DNA of 64,000 nt from positions 37,386,001-37,450,000 of the forward strand of contig OZ076420.1 in the NCBI GenBank assembly GCA_964187785.1, in the 5' to 3' direction. Positions 1 to 12,900 of this stretch are shown here, piece by piece. The DNA comes from Amphiscolops sp. MND2022 (lineage: Eukaryota). The notes beneath the pieces are model-generated. The model had not been told where the DNA came from and made no database searches. It worked only from the letters and a program-made list of their open reading frames with translations. The position numbers and the translations under genes are program-made. Position 1 is the first letter of the stretch. Every line of letters begins with the position of its first letter.

Positions 1-479
1 GGTTGTTGATCAGAAACAGATTAATTCGTTTTTCCAACAAGGTTTGCAAGAATTCAAGTGATTAATGAGGTTTTTGTACCCATGTTAGGTTCTGAATTCT
101 CACAGCCCCGCATTCAAGGCATCTGTGTCTATGTGGGGTCTCAGTCGATTGATAAAACAATTTGAAGGCGTCCCTTGACATTTATCCTTTAAATTAATAT
201 TGCAGAAACAAAGTACGTAAAATGAGAACTTAAGTTTTCAGTAACTATTCAGTTTCGTGTGCTAAATCACCAAATATGGCAGCTAAGTACCTTGTTTTTG
301 TGTTTTTGTCAAGTGATGTACACGATCCGACGAGATGCTAAAATATGATTGGTCATCGAACGATGCTACCTGTAGTTGGAAAATGTGTGCACGAACACGA
401 CACGAATTACACATTACGTACATGTAATTAAGCACACGCATCGTGCAAATGCGGCTGGAAGCATTTCACGCAACTGTCT

Positions 480-640
480 ATTGACAGGAAATCCTAATTA
501 CAATATTTGAAAATTCTACTTTCGGCATTTTTAATTGTTAACAATTATTCATTCCACCCACAATTATGCAATAATTTTTTTCTTAACAATCAATAATTGA
601 CCTCAATATTATTGCAATTATTGTGTTTTACCCAGCCCTG
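480..640. mobile_element. Right end of a hAT-like MITE (partial)
   Basis: Ends in ...CAGCCCTG with AATTATTG/CAATAATT subterminal motifs like the element at 1185-2071. Partner end not found in the window. Confidence 0.35.
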
Positions 641-845
641 AGCACGGTCCTTTTTTACTTTTATTGCAGCACTAAATACATGTCTTTCAGCTATATCGAA
701 CCACTCAGAACACGAACGGTCCTTCAGATTGTTTGTGTCTGGTTATGATATCATTATTGATCTCATAAAAGTTTCGGAACATGGATCTTGATTCCTGTTT
801 CAGATGTTAAATTAGATTGGAGAAAGTTGCAATGCCGTAATACCA

Positions 846-964
846 ATGGTTGACGTGGCTCCTGTGCCATCTGGCTCTGTAGCACCTGAGTCTGTAGGCT
901 CGGTACTGGCTACTTTAGATACCACTGTTTCTGTTCTTCAGACGTCAACGAAAGCGACTACTAG
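846..964 (+). CDS. SLC9A8: NHE8 exon 1 (inferred; Ser/Thr-rich N-terminus MVDVAPVPSG...KATT)
   Basis: ATG 846 follows an in-frame TAG at 813. The phase-2 donor AG|GTTAGT at 965 joins the phase-2 acceptor at 18189 to give ...TTS-QEEEH, matching the length and composition of NHE8 N-termini. Confidence 0.7.
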
Positions 965-3900
965 GTTAGTGATTCCTGAAGCAATGATTGTGTGTTAGTC
1001 ATCTCGTTATTATGGAAGTAGTCAAAACTGCGATTGCTAATATATTTGGTCTCAGCTTTTAATCTTTTGATCTCATGTGAAACCTGTTATCTTTCGTTCG
1101 ACATCAGTTAAATCATTAGTTCCTCGAAAACATCGCTGTCGCAGTTTTCCTTGAACACATGCCGCATTACCAATCTGAACAGCCCAGGGTTGTTCAATCA
1201 ATAATTGAAAAAAACAATCATTGCTAACAATTTTATACTTGGCATGGCTTCCAACTTCTGCAATAGTTCAAAAGTGCTAATTTTAATTTCATTTTTATTA
1301 TTACGCCTACTGTACCAAATGAGTTGTTTTTATAAGGTATAGTAATTAAGCGTCTTTCTCTCTCTCTCAATTCCCTTCCCAGTTATTGATTGCTAATTTT
1401 CCAATTATTGCCAATTATTTAGATGATCAAAACGCAATACCGAAGTTTGTCTGAAAATTTTTTAAAAGGTGCAGGACGCGGACGGAAAAGGACAATTGCG
1501 CTGTCAATGTGGTAAAATATTGAAAAAACAGATATTGGTCGAAGAAACTTCAAGTATTGACCAAGAAAACAATGGCTCGAATGCTCGTATATTCAAAAGT
1601 AAGCATTTCGATACTGGGGTAGTGAAAATACTGTAGCGCCGCGAAAATGACTTGGCACCAAAAAATTGCCTCTGCGAGACTTGCCTCAGTAATTCTCAAG
1701 AAGAAAGCAAGGATCACCATTGCATCAGAGTACCATGATTTAGAGTTTTTGTTGCCAACATCTAACTTGCTGGGAACATTTTTCATCCAGCTGGTTTGGC
1801 ATAGTTCAATCTGCGACAGACTGACACTCGAACATCTTCAGCAGTAGCTTTTCCTCAAAGCCAATAATAAACTGTCTGTGGACAACCGAGACTGTGTCGT
1901 GAATGCTTTTGTTAAGTGATTTGTTGTTTGAAATGAATGGATTTTTCTTTGTTGTTTTTCTTTCAATTATTGCAATACTTGCAAATATTTATTGGTGGGA
2001 ACATTTAGCAATATTTATTGGCGATATTCAAGTCCTTGCTATTAATTGCAATTAAAAATTGCACATCCCTGGAACAGCGCTTGAGATACATTGCTTCAAG
2101 AAGCTACTTATGGCATGTCGTCATTCCATAAAAACTGGTTCAAAAAGTCACATAATGTCGAAATTACCCAAAGCCAAAGGTGTAACCCTTTTGGCTCGAA
2201 AACGTATTTAATAAACTGGAAACATCAGAAAACCAGAGCAGCTAACGTCTGGCGAAGTCACGTAAGAAAAACGCACCTATCTGAAAAAAAATTATCTTTT
2301 TTCTACAATTATTGAGAAAACTCATAAGTCCCTTAGGGCAAAAAAAAACGAAATAGGTCACCGTTCTCGGAAAATATTTGGGTTTTTTGTCTAGCCAACG
2401 CACATGCAAAGGAACCCACTCGCCACATAGAGAACCTCACGTTAACCTCCAGGCCAAGTAGTAAGAGAATTGAAATGATAGAAATGTTTACGGCAGAAAC
2501 TGATGGGGGAAAATAAAACAAGCCGGGAACAACCCAAGTCGGCGCCCGCTCAAGTATCTTAAAAAAAACAAGTTCCTTATATGCAAGAGACACTGTTGTA
2601 AACAATGTTATCTACTTCTCAGTGCCAAAAAATATTAGTAGTAATAGACGGGGGGGGGTTTATGCACGTTTATGGCTCTTTTGAAAATTTTCGAAGATTT
2701 TCAATGCACGTTTTGGGCTCCCAAACCGAAAATTTTCTAAGTCAGAAAGGTCAAAGATCATTTTGTTTGAACTGTCAAATTTTGTGTATTTTACCACTCG
2801 GCTGTCAAATTTCATTCACTGTTCAAAATTTTAGTTTGAATTTCTCTGTTGGAAACCGAAACTGAACAAAGTAAACTGAGCTGACATTTCTGTGTCACCC
2901 TCTGATTTCTTATCAAATGCATTCAACCTTATTCTACATGAAGCAAAAGTAACTGAGACAAAACATTATACAAAATATCATATTGCTTAATTGAACGAAG
3001 TTACAATGTATATCTAACTTCGCATAACCTTCGAAAATCAATGTTATGAACTTTTCTTTCCAATTCTGAAAAACTAGAAAATAAACGAAAAAGGCTTCTT
3101 TTGGCAATTAAACCATAGTCCCCATTCAAAGAAAAAACGAAAAAATGTTGCGACATAATTGCAACTACAGACTAAGACATCAATAGGCATAATTAGATTT
3201 GAGGCTTTTTCGCGATCTGAAGCTTTTCAATTAGTAGTTATTGTGGAATTCTTCACATCAATGTTTTTTTACCTATAAAAATTTTTTGCGTGTTGCTTTA
3301 AAAGCGTGTTTTCACGATACTTTGAAGGGGACTATGGCTGTGAAAGATTTTGATCTGAAATGTACTCGTGTTACCAATGTGGGAAGGTTTTGATTTCACA
3401 ACGAGCACTAACAAATCATATCAAAACCAAGCACTTCGATGGTTCTCGAAATGCCAAAGTTTTCCAATGTGGACACTGTTCTGTTGGTTTCACCCAGGTC
3501 AAAAATCTTTTGAGACATCTACGTTCGCAACATCATTTGAATGGCCACTACCGATGTTCTTCTTGTCCCACTTTCTTTGGCTGTTCAACATCTCTCAATG
3601 ATCACGAAAATGACCATGAAATGGCAATTTCATCTCGACCGCGTGTTGCTGAAGAGTCATCAGTGGTTGAATTTACTACAAGAGCATTGAATTCCCGCTT
3701 TCAAATTCATCGAGTTGAAACAGGAAATGCCTCTTTTATTGACCCCTTCAACTGTTTGATTTCTTTGAAAGACAATATTTTGCGTTTCGTGAATTCCTTG
3801 TTGAACTCAACTGCGAGTGTTAAAATAGGATTTTCAATCAGTGTTGGATTGGTCAAACCCATCGTTGAAGAATCAACCGAAGCTTACTTTAATTCTAACA

Positions 3901-6900
3901 TGGTGAGACTGGCTGTTGAAATGACCGAAGAAGAGTATATGGAGCATGTTGATCAGCTAATTAGCCAGTTGAATGTTTTCGCTACCGGTGGTTCGGGCTG
4001 GGTTGTAGAAAAATTGATGCGTTTCGAACTGAAAACAGCTAAATGTGCTTCTGCTGTTGGTGGCTCTTACATTGAGACTCCAGCTATTCTCCAGAAAGTG
4101 AGTCGAAGTCTTTTGAATATCATCAATAAGAGAGACAACCTGTGCTTCATTTACTGCGTTGCTGCAGCTCTCTTCTCTTTTGTTGGACGTCCATTCAGGC
4201 CGAAGACACATCTGAAAAATGTTCAAAAATTGAAGTTCAATGCAAGTGAAATGCCAATGCCACTCTCTGGTATCCGATCGTTCGAGTTGCGAAACAAATG
4301 TAAGATCTATGTGTATCAATTGGATGGTAACAAACTGGTCAACGTTTACAACAGCAAGAACAAAAAGTTCAAACGAAGGGTGGATCTTTTGCGTTTAATC
4401 GAAGGGAAGAAGAGACACTATTGTTTGATTAGAAACTTTTCAAACATCATCCACCATTTATCAAGATCACCAAAGAAGCAAGCAAAGGGACCAAAAAGCC
4501 GGTTTTGTCGAAATTGTTATCAACCTGTCTTGAAACAGAACATGGAAAAACATTTGAAATTTTGTGAAAGCAATGCCCCTTTGGAAATTCGAATGCCCGA
4601 CAAAGAACGCGTTATTGAATTCACTAACTGGCAGAAAACACAATTGAATCCCTTCATAGTTTACGCCGATTTGGAAGCCATAAATGTGCCTTCAATAGGC
4701 TCAATTGGTTGCAAGTTGAAAACCCGAGAAGTGGAGCGGCATTATCCAGCTAGCTACGGTGCCATTCTTGTGGATGCTAAAGGTTTGTAGAACTTTTGTC
4801 TCGAATAATGCCTTAGTCATTTTTTAATTTTTTTTTCAATTTTTATTTTCAGCGGGTGGTGTAATCAAGAAGTCTTTTTACAGAGGACCGAATTGCATCG
4901 AAAAATTGCTTTCAGTTTTACGAGATTGGTGCAAATGGAGTTATCGAGAAAAACAGAAATTCAAATTCCTAAAGATGTGTAAAACGCAGAGAAAAATACT
5001 TTTGTCGGCGCCATCAGCTGAGTGCTGCATTTGTCACAAAACTTCTGAAGTGTCAAATCGAGTAATTCATCATTGCCACGTAACAGGCACAATTTTTGGT
5101 GTTGCTCACTCCAGTTGTAACCTGCGGGCCCAAACCACAAAGTTTCTGCCAATTTTCTTCCACAATCTTTCTCGTTATGATTCGCACCATATCCTTAAAA
5201 ACTTAAGGTTGCTCGCGGGAGAAAAATTGTCAGCAATTGCAAGAACTGACGAAACATTCACATCATTCAGCATAGCGGTACCTGTGGGGAGCTACAAAGA
5301 TAAAAGAAACAAGTTTGTAACTTTACGACATTCATTGAGGTTCTTGGACAGTTTGCAATTCATGTCGCAAAGTCTCGATTCTTTAGCCAAGACTGTGCAA
5401 CTACAAGACTTTGTTCTACTCCGCCGACACTTTTCCCATGTGACAGATGATTTGTTCCAGAAACTTACAAAGAAGGGACATTTCCCGTATAGTTTTTTGG
5501 ATAGTTTACAGAAGTTTGATGTAGCCTTGCCACCGTTCGGCGATGCCTGGAGAAACTCCTTGACTGGATCCATTGACATTACTTCAGAAGATTACGATGA
5601 GGCGGTTAGCATTTACAACGCCTTCTCTTGCCAAAATTTGGGCGATTACCACGACATTTACTTGGGAACAGATGTATTCCTGCTGGCCGATATTTTTGAA
5701 AAATTCAGAAAAGTATGCATGAACGTCTACAAGCTTGATCCATCTCACTTTTACTCAGCGCCCAACTTGAGTTGGGATGCCATGCTTATATCAACAGAAG
5801 CTAAGTTGGGTTTACTCGATGACATTGACAAACTTCTATTTTTTGAAAGGAGCATTCGTGGTGGAGTTAATGGAGTTGGTGAAGTTAGACAATTCAGGGC
5901 GAACAATTCAATGTTGGGTGATTATGATCGAAACGAAGTTACTACCTTTGGTGGGTTTTTCGATGTTACTTCTTTGTACGCAGGTACAATGCAGAAACTG
6001 ATGCCAAGGTGCGATTACATCTGGAACTCTACAATCACTTTGCAAGAAATACTTGAAACACCTGAAGATTCAAGCGTGGGATTTTTTGTTGAAGTCGACT
6101 TAAAGTATCCTCAACACTTGCACGACATTCACAATGGATTGCCTCTAGCGCCAGAAAAACTCGAAATTCGTTCGTCTTGGTTCTCCGACTATGCGAAAAC
6201 TTTCAAAGTGCAACCCAACAAGTCCGCCAAATTGGTGGAAACATTGTTCGACAAGAAAAACTATGTTTGCCACTATGAAATTTTGAAATTTTATGTGAAG
6301 CATGGATTGATTGTTGAGAAGTTACATCGAGTTTGTCAGTTCCAGCAAAGTAGATGGTTGGGAGCGTATATAGAAAAAAATACAACAATGCGCAAACAAG
6401 CCGAAAACGACTTCGAGAAAGCTTTTTTCAAGTTGATGAGCAATGCTTGCTTTGGAAAGACGATGGAGAATCTGCGCAAACGCAGTAACATTCGGTTCCT
6501 CACGAATGTTGAGGAAGCAGAATCTTTTGTTAACAGTGCCGCTTTCAAGGCTTTTCACATTATAAGTGAAAACCTAGTTACAGTTTCCTTCAAGTCTACC
6601 ACTGTTCTTTGGGATAAACCAACTGCAGTTGGGGCCTCAATACTGGATCTCTCAAAGCTGTCTCTATACAAGTTCCATTACGAGGAGATGATTCCCCGCT
6701 ATTCCGCAGACAGACTGAAATTGGCCTACAAAGACACTGATTCACTTCTCTACTGCATTAAAACTGTAAACTTGTACGAGGACATGGCTAGTTTCAAACA
6801 TCTGTTGGACTTGTCCGACTACCCTCGAGAACATTTTCTCTACGATCCAACAAATAAGAAAGTACCATTGACCATGACAGATGAACTTCAAGGCAAAATC

Positions 6901-9900
6901 CTTAGAGAAGTAGTGTGCCTCCGGTCAAAATTGTACAGCATTGACTTTGTCGGGGGTAAAAAGCAGAGTGCTAAAGGTGTCGGCAAGGCAGTGAAGAAAA
7001 CTCTCAATCACAACATTTTCAAAGAGTGTCTTCTGAGCAAAAAATCAATCAGCAAAAAGATGACTCAGTTGAGGTCTGTCAACCATCAAATCATTGTTAA
7101 TTCAGTAGACAAAGTTGCCCTGACGTCCTTCGACGACAAACGTTACCTTTTGGACGATGGCATCCATTCCCTCGCCTATGGCCACTATGCTATTCCTGCA
7201 TCTACTGAAGGTAGTATTCATAATTTTTAACTAAAAAGAAAAGTGTTGAATTTTAACTTTTTTTTCTAATTTAGCCCGTTCAAATACTTCTGACGACAGC
7301 GGAGCTAATAGTGACAGTGAAAGCAGCGCTTCCACTTCTGAAGAATTTTATTCGGATTGTGACAATGGAGATTCATTCACGTCTTCATCCTCCACGTCCT
7401 CGTCCTCAGAAACAATGTCGCAAGATACTCCATTGAAACGAACCTGGTACTCGGATGTGGCCCAATTTTGTAAGTAATCTGTTCAGAAAAAAAATATATA
7501 TTTTGTTCTCATGGCTTGCTTGATTGTTTAAATTGAATTTTCGTAAATAGGCGCCCCTGATCCTGGTTTCAATCAAACTTTATCTGTCGGCAACGACGAG
7601 GATCAACTGTCTGACATTGTTGATTGGGACAATCTGTCAGTAGAATATGCCAGTGATGACAACGAATCCCGGTATAATTGTCCATTCAACGACTATGAAG
7701 CCGAACATTCAAGTGATGACAGTGTTGGCAACCACACGAGGAGAAAAGTTTCTCGCAAAACCACATTAAACCTAGTGAATTATTCTTCCTCTAACAGTGA
7801 AAATGACAGTTGTTGATAGTGGTGTTGGGAAATTCTTCGGAAACGTTTCAATTGGAAAATTTGTAATAATCGTAAATTTGTACATCGGAACATTATGTAT
7901 TTATAAAATTAATAAAATCAATCTCTGTAGCATGCATCAGGTTTTGCGAATTGCCGAACTTTTGCAAGGTTTTTCTACAATGTAAAATATCGAAGCAAGA
8001 CAGTTTAAGCCACGCCTACAGCTGCTAAAATTCTTTTGGGCTAGCCTAATCATTCCGCATCTTTTTTGAATAGTTTGGGTTAAAAGTCTATACATCGGAA
8101 TTGAAGTTTTTCATACAACAATATATCTAAAGTGGGTTTTGTATTGGCAATTCATAAAACGAACAATTTCAACTTCAGTAAAGTGCTTTAGTTTGGCATC
8201 AATGTTCGGTACCTTTGTTGGGTTCCTTGCAATGTAGTCAATCATGAAGAGACAGTAGAGACCGCACATGTTTGAACTCAAATTTTGTAGGCGTAAGTTT
8301 ATCGTCAAAAATCCAGTCTCTCTGTACAAAAGTCTCAGACGTTGAGCAAAAGTTTTGTAGTGCGACAAGGGCTGACCCAGACAATCCCAAATAAAAACTC
8401 GGATACTGCTTTGTTTAGTTACCACGGCACCCAGTAGCAGCCAATGTTTTCCCAATGCGCCCGCTGGGGATGTGTTGATAATTTGGAACCAAGCCAAACG
8501 AGGTCTTGGGTACAACATGTTTTTCTGTCTTCGCTTTTTGTTCCATGCTGGCTGCTTGGGAAAATTGTCGGCAGACCAAACACCAGCGAAACTGGTAATT
8601 AAACGTGGATTCTGTATAATAGCACTGTGCAACGTTCCACTATCCATCAAACGAGCTGTTTTTCTTGATATTGCGCGCAGAGTCAATGAAAACCTGACTA
8701 AATCGCTCCCCAATCAAAAAGAGTTCAATGGCATCATCAAGTGCTTTCTCAAAGTACAGCTTAAGAGTCAAACTGGATCCCGTTAGCTCGGGAAAAAGTG
8801 TAAAGGTTTTACTAGCTTCTTCAGTTGATGTCAAGTCGAACACAAGAAAGAAATGGTTGTCTGTGTAATCCTCCAGGCTGATACCGTTACTCTTTTGGGT
8901 GAATCCAAGGGCTGTGATGGTGTTGTAGTACAATCTCACATTGTTTGTAGTATCCAATGGTGTCCCTGCTAAAGGCACACCATTGCCCCTTTGGATTTCC
9001 ACTCTTTGCAAGTTGAACTTTTGGTATGAGAAAGGAGACTCGTTCAGTGGCGTACTACGGAACAGAGAGTTTTTAACCATGCACAAAGTTAGTCGTCGAA
9101 TCGGCTCGGTGCCAAAAACGTTTTCCTTGATGAAACAATTCTGTCCGGCTTGAATAATGAAACTTTTGTTCAAATTTTCAATATATGGATATATTGCATC
9201 GCTTTTCACCAATGCTCTCTCTATTGACAGTTTAACACTGTCTGTCACCACAACTTTCCTCACAAAAAGGGAAGCCTTCTCTACAATGGCCAAGAGTTTT
9301 CCTTCGTGTGCTTTTGCTTCGTCATCGGTGCCTTTGAGATGGATGATTGTGTTACTTGGCGAGCGATAGAGCCGAATATGTAGGGTGACATTGGGCAGTA
9401 AAAGTTTTTCGCAATCCAAAAAGTCAATGTGGAGAGCACCGCATAACTGCATTTTGCATTCTTTCAGTTGAGCAAAATCAGCTGCAAGCTTGTTGAACAT
9501 TTGATCCTTCTCATTGGACTTGGCTAAATAGTTGTAGCCTTGACATTTGGCCCACGAAGCTTTACTATCGGTGTCGGTGGTCAATTCAGTTTCCACAAAG
9601 GCTGAATGCAAGTAGCAATTGTTGCTGTGAGAAATCAATTTTCCATTTAGATACAATTCTGCATGGGAAAAGAGTGTGTGGAGGGTATTGTTGGAGAAAA
9701 CGGCTTCAAAGTCACCTGGTTTAGCCTTTGTCTTTCCGTCATCATGATAGATGGCAACCTCAACACTGAGAACAATGCGATTCAAGTCAATCAAATTTTT
9801 CGCTTCAGCGGCAACAAAAAAATCCAATTGAGGTCCACGGCATCCCACGTGCGGGAAAACTTCTTGGTCGTAGGACCCTTCGTAATTGATCATTACTTCA

Positions 9901-12900
9901 GGCTTTTCGAAATAGTCTAGAGCGCTGTGTGTCACTGGTTTTGCAATTTCCAAGGAATTGCCAACAAACATATTGTTAACTGATGCCATCCTCTGAACTT
10001 GACTCTACTGGGCAAATTGAATTTCAGACAAAATGTCGGACCGACTTCTCTTGGCGCGGGCTTTTGTTGAAATGTTTGAAAGATTACTCCGCTTTCTATT
10101 CCCCGATGATAATTTGACGTTTCGTGTAATTCCTTCGTTCGCTGCCGCCGACCGCCGCGGTCCGGGCTTCCGCCGCCGGGCCGCAGGGTAATTCCGCTCG
10201 GCAAATTTGTTTTCACCGTTTCGAGGGCGGTCCTTTTGACGACATTAGTCAACAGCTTACGGCTGGGCTTCTTCCTACCTGTCAAGATCTGTCCAATTTC
10301 AGGAACGGCGCTTTCTATCAAGTTTTTGCCGACTTGCTTTGCTACAGGTAAGATGTACTTTCTAACTAGTGGAATGGCCACACGACCCATTCGGACAGCA
10401 AAAGCTCCAATGCCACCCCCAGATCCCATCTGCCTGGCTGGACCGCTGAACGTTGAGTGAGTGTTTGCTTTAATTTGTGAATCGTAATGAGCATCCATTC
10501 TGGAGCTAATCGAAAAACAATTGTTCAAATGGAGCGACTGTACTTTTCACGATTTCCAGGATGAATGATGCCCAGTCAATGTCGTGGTGCTGGCCTGAAA
10601 GCCAGAGTCACATTGGTGCGACCGCAACTCAAAAAGGGCATTTTTTGACCCATTTCATTAGCAAGAAAAACATTGATTGACTGGAATTGGGGTTTTATGA
10701 CGCGTTTCCATTGCAGATTAGTAAAACTTTTATGATTCATCTCTCCCAACGTCTGTACCATTGTTACACTTTTTAGAGGAACTGATCGCAAAAGTGCCGT
10801 CTGCTTGTCGCCCAATGTTTGGTTTTGTACGAGGTCGCAGTACAAAAACATTGTATGGCTGCCCGCATTCAAGTCGACTGGCCATTTTCCTACATGTTTG
10901 ACAATTGTGTTTGATGGAGATTCTGCATCGATCTTTTCCTCTTCTTTAGGTCCCTCACTACAATCAATGATTACATTGGTGCCCAAAATGTTTTGCAAAT
11001 CATTGGACTCTGTGAAAACTTTCAGTCCATCTTTTTCAATGCTTCCACAAAATTTCACATGTATTTTACCCGAGACTTTGTCAATTTTCCATGTTAAAAG
11101 TGACGGAACAATGTCAGGCGATGATGCGTTCCGTTTCTCTCCAACTTTTTTCTTTCCGGTGGCAATTTTTGAGATTGCTTCTAAAATTGATTCTACTGAT
11201 GTATAACAACCCGGTTTTATGCGGTGCGTTACAGGAGCAGTGTATGAAGGAGGCAAAGCTTGGGTTCGGAATGGTGCAGGAGTCGTCATTGAAATTCCAC
11301 CGTGCAAAATGTGCTTGCGTGGTCGCTTGTCGATGGGTGGCTGGATGTGTCTTTTGGATACAGTAAATTCGCCCACAGTCACATTTTGAACGCTATTGGG
11401 CCAAGCAATCTCCACTAAAGCCACCTGCCATTCTCCCGAAAGATGGATTGGTGTTGGTAAAAGTGTCGTAAAACTGGACAACGTGTTCTCGGGGAAAGTA
11501 TCCATGGAAGCATTAGAAACGAGATTCATGGTGAATTCTTGTGAGTAACTTGAATGATCAAAAGTTCCTGAGGGTCCGTCCATTGTTGAAGACTGTCAAT
11601 GTGGAGCGAATCGCACGAGTTCAGGCTCGTAAAATTTACCTTGGATAATTTCGCCGTCACAATCTTTAACAACGTAAGTTGGAGGATTGGTAGTTGGTAT
11701 TGCTGTAATTGTGAACAGTTCTTCTGTGAATTGTATTTTGTAACCTCGATGAAAAGTGTCAATCTTTCGTCGAATGCGAACTTGTTGGCCGATTTTGAAC
11801 TTTGGCTTCTTTTGAGCGTTTGTGTGACAGAGAGAAACTAAATAGTTGACGTCTTTATTTGAAACTGAAGACGGCGCTAACTTCGTCATTCGATTCACCC
11901 GATTGTTAATGATTGCCACAAATTGGTGAAGTTTATCACAATATCTACTTTGGTCATGTTCGTGCATATATTTGAATATTAACGATTTTAGAGATCTAAT
12001 ATTTCTTTCGGCTAATGCAGACTTTGTCTCACTTTTGGTGGAATAAATCTGAATCCCCTTCTGACTGCAAAAAGTTGCAAAGTCGCCCGAAAACTCACGT
12101 CCCTTGTCAACCCAAATTTTTTCTGGGCTTTGCCTTTCACTGCAAATCTTTGGTTTAGGTGACTTCTCATTCTTGGCAATGATTGTTTTCAAAGCTTCTC
12201 TACATGACTGTGCTGTTTTCATCTTGATGGGTTCAACCCATAAATAACGACTCAGGACGTCTACAGCCACAAATAGATATCGGATGCCGGAATTACTGTT
12301 TGCCAGCTGTTGCATGTCAGCCAAGTCGACCGACCAAATTTCATTCAGCCTATAGCAAATAACTTTCAACCGTGGAAAACGTTTTCTAGTCAGTTTGAAT
12401 TTTGTGTAAGTTTCGCTCGAGTTCAAATAACGTTCTACATCTTTTGGACGTAACTTGGATTCTTTTATCAAGTTTAGTCTACCCCCGAAAGCAGACCCCT
12501 TTTTAGGGTTGGTGTAGTAATCGTGGATTTTTGTGAAGGCAGCTGCGTAGTCTCTGTCTACTTCGTCATTTAGCAATTTTCGGTGTTTTTTGCAATTGGA
12601 GCACAAGAAATTGTCGTGATAGTCTTTGCTGTCTGTTAGTCCACTGCATTTGAAGTGAACCCATCCGCAAACGTGACACCAAAGTGATGGAGTTTTCTTT
12701 GTCCCTTTACCCAGACCTGTTTTGCATGATCCACAGAACCACTTCTTATTTTTCATTCTCAAAAGTTCGTGAGCCACTGATTAGGTGCGATTTCGTTGTC
12801 GAGCTTCTGTCTTTTGTAGGGTGAAGCACCGGCAGCAAGTCTAATTTGATGTTGATTCTGACTGCTAGTGTGCCTTGCATAGGTGTTGGCCAGTAAAAAT

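Noticed and set aside
2605-2865. ORFs 2605-2865 (+) and 16672-16947 (-) sharing DGGGFMHVYGSFENF...
   Set aside because: They are translations of the two TIR copies, start outside the element and have no coding hallmarks.
9932-10004. 0-frame extension of the core ORF overlapping the MCP start
   Set aside because: Not accepted as the main C-terminus. The -1 frame ends just before the MCP ATG with a more typical basic tail. Kept only as a possible isoform.
8472-11841. Plus-strand ORFs opposite the protease, capsid and integrase genes
   Set aside because: Antisense shadows of real minus-strand genes.
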